From NCBI RefSeq assembly GCF_009914755.1, contig NC_060931.1: DNA of 64,000 nt. The stretch is one strand, 5' to 3'. The translations under genes were made by a program, and so were the position numbers. Source of the stretch: the human T2T-CHM13v2.0 reference genome, Homo sapiens. This document shows, piece by piece, positions 56,590 to 64,000 of the stretch (positions are counted from its first letter, which is position 1; each line of letters begins with the position of its first letter). The notes under the pieces were generated by a model. That model searched no databases, was not told the DNA's origin, and worked only from the letters and a program-made list of their open reading frames with translations.

Positions 56590-57945
56590 CATCTTCCTTT
56601 CAAGGTGTTTACACTCTAATGAAGAAAGCAGGCAATATTTAAGATAAATAGGTTAAAAAATATAAAATATGTATTAATATGATTAGACCTAGAGAAACAA
56701 ATCAGAGAAAGGGGTATAAAAAGTCGGAGGCAAGGCAGTTAATATCTAGATATATTAGCTATTGAAGGACATGGAAGGCCTCACTTAGAAGGTGACTTGA
56801 GATAAAAGCCAAAGAAATGAAAGGTTGAGAGCATTTCAGGCAGAAGAAAGAGGAGTTGCAAAGGCCTTGAGAATGGCATGTGCCTGGCTTGCTTTAGGAT
56901 GGACAGAGACTGGCGTGGCTGCAGTGAAGCAGATGGGACTGAGGGGAGAATACTGGGAGATGGATGCAGAGAGCTAAGAGGGAACTAGGTCCAGCAGGGC
57001 TGCCTGGTCAGTCAGGACTTTGGCTTTTCCCACAGGTGAGATGGGAAGCTGTGGGAGGGTTTCCCAGGGGAGCGATGTGATTTACATATTTGAGAGATGG
57101 CCCTGGCCGCCTGGGAAAGCAGGTAGAAGGCCACTGCAGTACCTCAGGAAAGAATGCACATACCTTAGACAAGGGTAATGGTGGTGGGAAAGAGAAGAAA
57201 TGGTTCCAAACCTATTTTGAAGGTAAACCAATGGTATTTTCTGACCACCTAGATGTAGGGTGTGTAAAACAGAGGGAAAGAGAAAAGATAGCCAAGAGTT
57301 TGACCTAACAACCAAGCTAATGGGGTTGCCACTATCTGAGAAGAGGAAAAAGGTTACAGGAGCTGGAGGTGTGGGAGTGGAGTAGAAGGGTCTCAGCTTA
57401 TTCCCATTGACTTGAGGTATCCATTTGACACTCAAGTACAGATGTCAGGGAGGCAGTTGGCCAGACAAGCCTGAAGTTCAAGGTCAGGTCCAGTGCGGGT
57501 TCAGGTGGTCTGGGCTGGAGACATGAATGTTGGAATCCTCAGCCAGACTGCGCATGGTTTTTAGAACCATGAGACTGGATAACACCACCTAGGAAGTGAG
57601 GAGATCCAAATATCAATCCTTGAGCACTCCAACATTCAGAGCTCAAGAAAACAAGGAGAAGCACAAAATAGCATGAAAAGAACCAGCGAGGGAGGTAGGA
57701 GAAAAGCAGGTGATGAGTGTCCGGGAAGCCAGGTACAGTCAGGGCTTCGAGGAGTAGAGAGACTGGTCATCTGTGTCAAGTAAGAGGACAGCTGAGAAAT
57801 TATGACATTTAGCAAAGTGAGTCTCTGATAACCTTGAGAAGAGTAATTGTGGTTGAGTGGTGGGGGTGAGAGCATGACAGGCAGGAGTTTAAGAATGAAT
57901 AGGAGGAGAAAAATGGAAGCATGGAGAATATTTTCAAGGGGAAGT
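56590..57945 (-). mobile_element. L2
   Basis: ggaaggcctcact..gaaggtgac; tgcaaaggccttgag; ggactttggctttt; gaggcagttgg. Confidence 0.85.
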
Positions 57946-58332
57946 AGACAGACAGTTTTCTAAAGATAAAATCAACATTGTCTAAAACGTGGATAGTAAG
58001 GATCAAATGTATCCATAAGCAGGGAAACAAAAACTAATGAGGCATGTTTACATCTACAGGAGGGTCAAAATTGGAGAAAAAACACCTTATGCTTCCAGAG
58101 AAGGGAAGAAAACATGCATTCATACATCTGTAGTGGGAGTGCACATTCCAAAAACATTTTTGAAAAAGAATTTGGCAATACCTATTTAATTTTAAAATTT
58201 GTAAACTGTTCACTTCACCCGTGGATATCTATTCTATACAAAAATGTGAAAACCACACATATATCAACAAAGACATAGATTGGGATCTTCATTACAACAT
58301 TGTTTATAGAAAGAGCTCACTAGAAATGCTTA

Positions 58333-58991
58333 TAATCTATCCTCATTATTCACAGCTTCTATATTTCCAAATTCAACCATGTGATAAAGTGTACCTGTGA
58401 GCCCCAAGGTGATAATCACAGCACTTTTGCCATCGTTCTCAGGCATAGTGGCAGAAGATTCGAGTTGTCCAATGTTGGCATTCCCAACTGCAGCAGAACA
58501 AAGCACTATTCTGCTTTCTCATTTCAACTTTCATGCTGTGAACAACTGTCCTTTTCTGTTGTTCTATTTGGTGCTCCATTTTTTTGCATGTTTGTAACTT
58601 ACACTGGTGATCTCACTGTTGAAAGTGGGTCCCAGGCATAGTGCTGAAGTACTGTATAGTATCACTAAGGGCAAGAAGGCTGTGAACGCCTTATGGAGAA
58701 AATGCATCTTTGAGATAAGCTTTGCTTAGGCACAACTCATGGGTTGTTGGCCATGAGTCCAATGTTTATGAATCAACAATATATATTCAATAAGGTGTCC
58801 TTAAAAAGAAAGACACATAAAACAAGGTTATCTATTGATCATTTGACTAAAATGTTTAGACTAGAGGTTCAAAGGAAGCTAACGTTGAGTCTCTCCTAGA
58901 AGCAATGGTTCAGTATCCACTAGTTGCACATGAACTAGTGTTCATGATGACTTTATAGAACAAAGCAACCATAAATAACAGGAATGAATTG
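58333..58991 (-). mobile_element. MER82 (TcMar-Tigger)
   Basis: tagtgctgaagt...gaatcaacaatatatatt.aataaggtgtc...gcaatggttcagtat...gactttatagaac. Confidence 0.8.
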
Positions 58992-59144
58992 TCTCCCTTT
59001 GTTGAGAATTGTGTGAGTAAATTAAAGTATATCCCAAGGTGTGCACCATGTGATATTACGAGCCCTTTAAAGATCACTACTCAATCAAAGGAACCCAAGT
59101 CCTTGGAGTCATTTCCTTAAGGTACTGTTGCATGAGAAAACTAA

Positions 59145-59473
<329 letters not shown>

Positions 59474-59908
59474 TGATGTCATTTCTAACCTTTGTCATCT
59501 CTCTCTGATTTCATGTGGTTGCCTGAGCATGCATAGAGTGATGTCCACCAAGTCAGCAATGTGGGCTCTGGGGGTGGGTGTGGGTATCTGTGGAGCAATG
59601 TGCTTGCAGTGCAGAGGGCAGGGGCAATTAAAAGAAAACAGCACAGTTGATGGTATCATTTATGTCGGATGATGTTTGTACTATGAAGAAATTTGAAGGA
59701 AAAAGTCACAGTTAGTCTTCTATGTACTGACTTGTAGGGATGACCATGTTGGAAAAAGAGCAAGTTGCAAAATAATGTGTGCAATGTGATTCTATTCTAG
59801 TAACAACTCTGCTTATTATATGTGTCTTAGAATTAGTGAGAAAAAGGTTTCTAAACATATCAAGAGGTTGAGAGTTTTGTAGAAAAGTTTGCTTTTTAAC
59901 GCTTATTT

Positions 59909-60266
<358 letters not shown>

Positions 60267-60486
60267 TAAGTCCAATAAGTATGTTTTGTTGAAATTTGAA
60301 AAAAAATACAAATAAAATATGAAAAAACATCAATTAGCTAAATATTATTCAGCTAACAAAGAAAGGATATAGCCATTTTAATAGCTAATTAATTTTGAAA
60401 ATGGCACCAGCAGATACAATTTTATTATAAGATTCTGACTTGTTGTATGTAATGCTTTAAAATTCTTTGTCTATTTTTTCTTTTAG

Positions 60487-60561
60487 GAATCATTAAGAGC
60501 CATCAGATATGAAATATCTCCAGATAGAGAGTATGCACTTTTTTCATACAATGTGGAACCC
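60487..60561 (+). CDS. DPP6: DPP6 next coding exon (75 nt, phase 0-0; probably exon 5)
   Basis: Acceptor ttttttcttttag (ends 60486), donor GTGAGT at 60562. Translates [25 protein letters not shown], which continues ...EGKKI in frame in DPP6. Missed by the ORF track. Confidence 0.96.
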
Positions 60562-63500
60562 GTGAGTATTATCCTTTACTGCCTACAAAATAATTGTTTC
60601 TTTATTCTAATATCTCATTAAGTATATTTCCTTGACTCTTCTATACTTAGTGATCTTTGAATCCAGAAATACTTTGTACATCCTGGAAGTCTCTTTTGCA
60701 TATCATACTGCCACCTAGGAGAGAGGAAAGGTATAAATATCTGCTTGGCAGGGGAAAAAAGTCACATACTTTAGAGGCTCTTTCATAGACTTTTCTTAGG
60801 AGGATGGTAAGAACTTGTCTCTTCATAGACACAAATCTTGCCCTTTTGTGCAATTATTTTTCTGGCTGTTTTCTCAGTGAAATAATAGATTTTATCCTAA
60901 GAACAAAAAGCAACTGCCAGGTTCTCCTTAAACTGAAATAATATGTTAATTATCTCCTGGTCATTGTAGTGTTCTAGTGAAGAGCTGAAGCTATCACTTC
61001 CACTATTTAAATGCCTATTTTTAGCACTTCCTGTATATATGAGCCTCCCATAAAATTTCACCAGAATTTTCTGTAAAATCTCACTGTGTATTAGTAGCAG
61101 TGTAAAACTTCCTAGGCCAGGATCTTCCTTCTTCTTCTTGTTTTTTCATTTGACATGCTCGTATTTCAAATTTCATTTTGGCTCTTTAATTTTAAATAGT
61201 TGGAAGGTGAAGTTTATTTGTATAAGTGGAGAGGATGTTCAGTTTACAAGAGATAAGCAACTTTAGAAATGTATGTTTTAAGAACTTTCCTCTCTGGCAA
61301 ATAAGATATAGAGTCTACTACTGCCTCCCTGGCATTTCTGAGACCATTTGAAATAGAGTTTCCTGGTGCTTCTGTGAGGTGTAATGACTCCTGCATTTTA
61401 ATTCAGGTCAGAATGGCTCTGTGGTGAGTTTGAGAGAATCTTTTCTGGCATGAGACAGTCAAGCTTTTTGGTTTATATCCACTGGGAAAGCTGGGGTATT
61501 GGTTTGTATGAAGATGCAAGTTCAATTCTGAATTCTTAAACTTTCTTTTAGAAGTTGATTGGACAACTGGATTACTGGAGATTTCAACTTTATTCTTCCA
61601 ACTGTAGATTTTTTTGGACTCTGTTTCAGTCTTCCATTTTTCTATTTTTAAATGTCCATTCTATAAAGGTTTTCATTTTTTCCATCCAAATTCTTTGAAA
61701 CAATGGGGCATCTTTGTCTCTTTGATTGGGATCAGTTGGTGAACTTGACATTCTAAAAGGCTTGGGACTCTGCATTACCTAGACACAGCCTTAAACTTGC
61801 CTCTTTCAGCCTCAGGCACCTGGATGTGATGTTCACGGGTCATAGACCATTTCAGCTTCCTTCATCACCCTTGAAAACCACCAGAAATACAATCTCCACA
61901 CCTGTATAAAAGAAAAATGTTAGCAGATATTTGAAAGCCTTACATGGATGTGTTCTGGTTTGCCCCAGGAGGCACAGCTAACACCTGAGTGAGAAAAGCC
62001 TAGAAAGACAAATTGATTTCAGGTTATCCTCCTAGAGAATCTTTAATCATCGGAGCACCCCGACAGTGGGATGGAGGTAATGAGCATTCCGTTCCCAGAA
62101 GCCTCAAAACAAAGTGAGGTATTGTTCTCCGGAATGTGACAGAGGGGTTCCCGCAGCCGTGTGATCGGAAGAGGCGTGCTCTAGTCAGTGGTGCTGTGGT
62201 TCTGTGCATGATACAATTCTCCACCACTTTCTTCGGCTTCCCAGCGCTCTGTTTGGAAGAGTGCCCTGGGATCCCATTGAACCAGAAACCATTTTGATAA
62301 AGATCATTTTGCTAAAGATGAGTCTTCACCATGTGGAGCACTGGCTGTAAACAGGAACCTTGAAATAACCCTTTCTCACTGGGCAGCATCTGTCGGTGTT
62401 TGGAGTAAGACTCTTCAGTTTGTCTTCTCAACTGAAGGAAAACCTAGGAAGTTTGAAGTGTATTTACAGAACTATAAAAATGATAAAATTGAAAATGTAA
62501 AAAGTCTATAGAAACAGATATTTTAAGTTGAATAAAATAAGTAATCCTTAATAGTTTTCAGCACTGAGCAGTTACTGTATACATGACTATTCAAGCAAGT
62601 ATTCTCTGTTCTTCTGGAGGAAAAATTATAAGGGAAATTATAACCTATAGGTTATGAGTAGTGTGTCTTCTCTCTGAACTCCTTAGCGCTATACCAAGAT
62701 ACAATCCAAGTTCTTGAAATTCTATCAAATCCACAAAATATGTAATAAAAGGATTACATATGGGATTCTGCATGAGAATTTGGAGTTAGATATTAGGAAG
62801 ATCTTCCTAACTAGATAAACTAAAATGTAAGTAATTTTAGAAAAGGGAGGGGTAAATTTCAAAGGAAGAGTCTAGGTCTGTGATTCTGGAATAAGTGGAA
62901 TAGACCAGGACTTCCTAATCAGTATTTAGTATCAGTAATTGTTATTGCTAGTATTGTATTAATAGTATAATCAATTAAAAATATTATCCATTGGTATTCT
63001 TTAAAAACAATTAAAGGTTCCATATTCAAATACATTTGAGAACTCTAGTTAAACAGATAAGTTTCTTGAAGTTCCTGATATTCTCATGTTGGTTACATAG
63101 TACTTCCCAAGTGGGTATTACAACATGTGATTCCAATCTAATTATAATGAAACTAGAATTTGTTATTTGGATTCATGCTCAACATATTCTTATGTGTGTA
63201 TCTCAAAGGCAGCTAGTGTAACTTGTTTATATGAACCAACTCAACTTTTCATTAAAAAGACTATCATAAAATTGTTTTAGTGTAAACCAACTGTCCAATT
63301 ACTAGATATCTGTCATTTATTTCAGTATATGTTTCATTTGCAATAAAATTTTGGTATATTGGGTTACCACTGCACTAAAAAAAAAAAAAAATCCTACTAT
63401 CCCACATTTCGTCAGGATAATTATAATCTCTTCAATCTCTGCTTCTCTTTGTTGCCTGCCCAAAGATACTGGACTTGGAAGTCAAATAATCATAGGTTCA

Positions 63501-64000
63501 AGGGCTCATTCCGATGCTCACCAGCTATGTTTGCTTGAGTAACCCACTAAACCTTATGCACTGCATCTTGGAGCCATCTTCCTGGGTGACCCTGGGCTTC
63601 TGTTTCTCAGTGGTGAAGGGCGACCCAATGAATGTCAGCTCTCCTACACTTCCAGGGTATATGTGTTTGAGCACAGAGTAGTTCCGTATGTATACCCAGG
63701 GCCAGATTTAAGGCTCTATCCAATTTCATTGGAATGGAGTTGATGGATGCCTACATGAAATCAGCTGTCTTGGCAGTGGCTCAAGTAGAAGTGAGTAAGA
63801 GCTTTCCAGCACAGCATGGGTGGTAAGAGAAATGAGGAAACAGATCATTAAGGAGTTTAGACACAAATAGTACAGCAACATCCTGAGAATAAGAGTTGAA
63901 GGAAAGATGTTTAAGTTTAATTTTTAGAATATGCATTGGGTATCTCTTCTTCTCATTTATTCAGACTAATTGCAATGTTATATCATTTCCCAGTTGTTTG

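Noticed and set aside
60708-60722. CTCF-like tgccacctaggag near the 75-nt exon
   Set aside because: Lacks the conserved terminal TGG/CGG; insufficient without ChIP data.
62105-63416. Peptide TIPHFV in two ORFs on opposite strands
   Set aside because: The underlying DNA differs at most third positions and similarity does not extend; coincidence.

Overview
Primate (human-like) genomic DNA, AT-rich and repeat-dense, lying inside the very large DPP6 gene (dipeptidyl-peptidase-like 6, the Kv4 channel auxiliary subunit) on the + strand. Only two coding exons are present: 34180-34274 (95 nt, [32 protein letters not shown]) and 60487-60561 (75 nt, [25 protein letters not shown]). They splice in frame across a 26.2-kb intron. 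The rest is intron: about 17 Alus, several truncated L1PA 3' ends with TSDs, long old L1M/L2/MIR/MaLR relics, DNA transposons (MER3, MER102, Tigger3, MADE1, MER82), a MER34/39-group solo LTR and a two-LTR MER4-group provirus relic (42756-46673, minus strand). The supplied ORF track is almost all repeat-derived noise. The main signal not explained by repeat annotation is four short local copies (75-220 bp) whose partner lies 1.2-5 kb away. Three look like templated insertions, with microhomology, fold-back or flanking-duplication junctions, and in all three the donor is upstream in the direction of DPP6 transcription. One of them was later hit by an L1PA carrying a 3' transduction. Repeat subfamily names are from memory of the consensus sequences and identities are hand counts; both need RepeatMasker/alignment confirmation. 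No prokaryote-type system (CRISPR, operon, etc.) is present.
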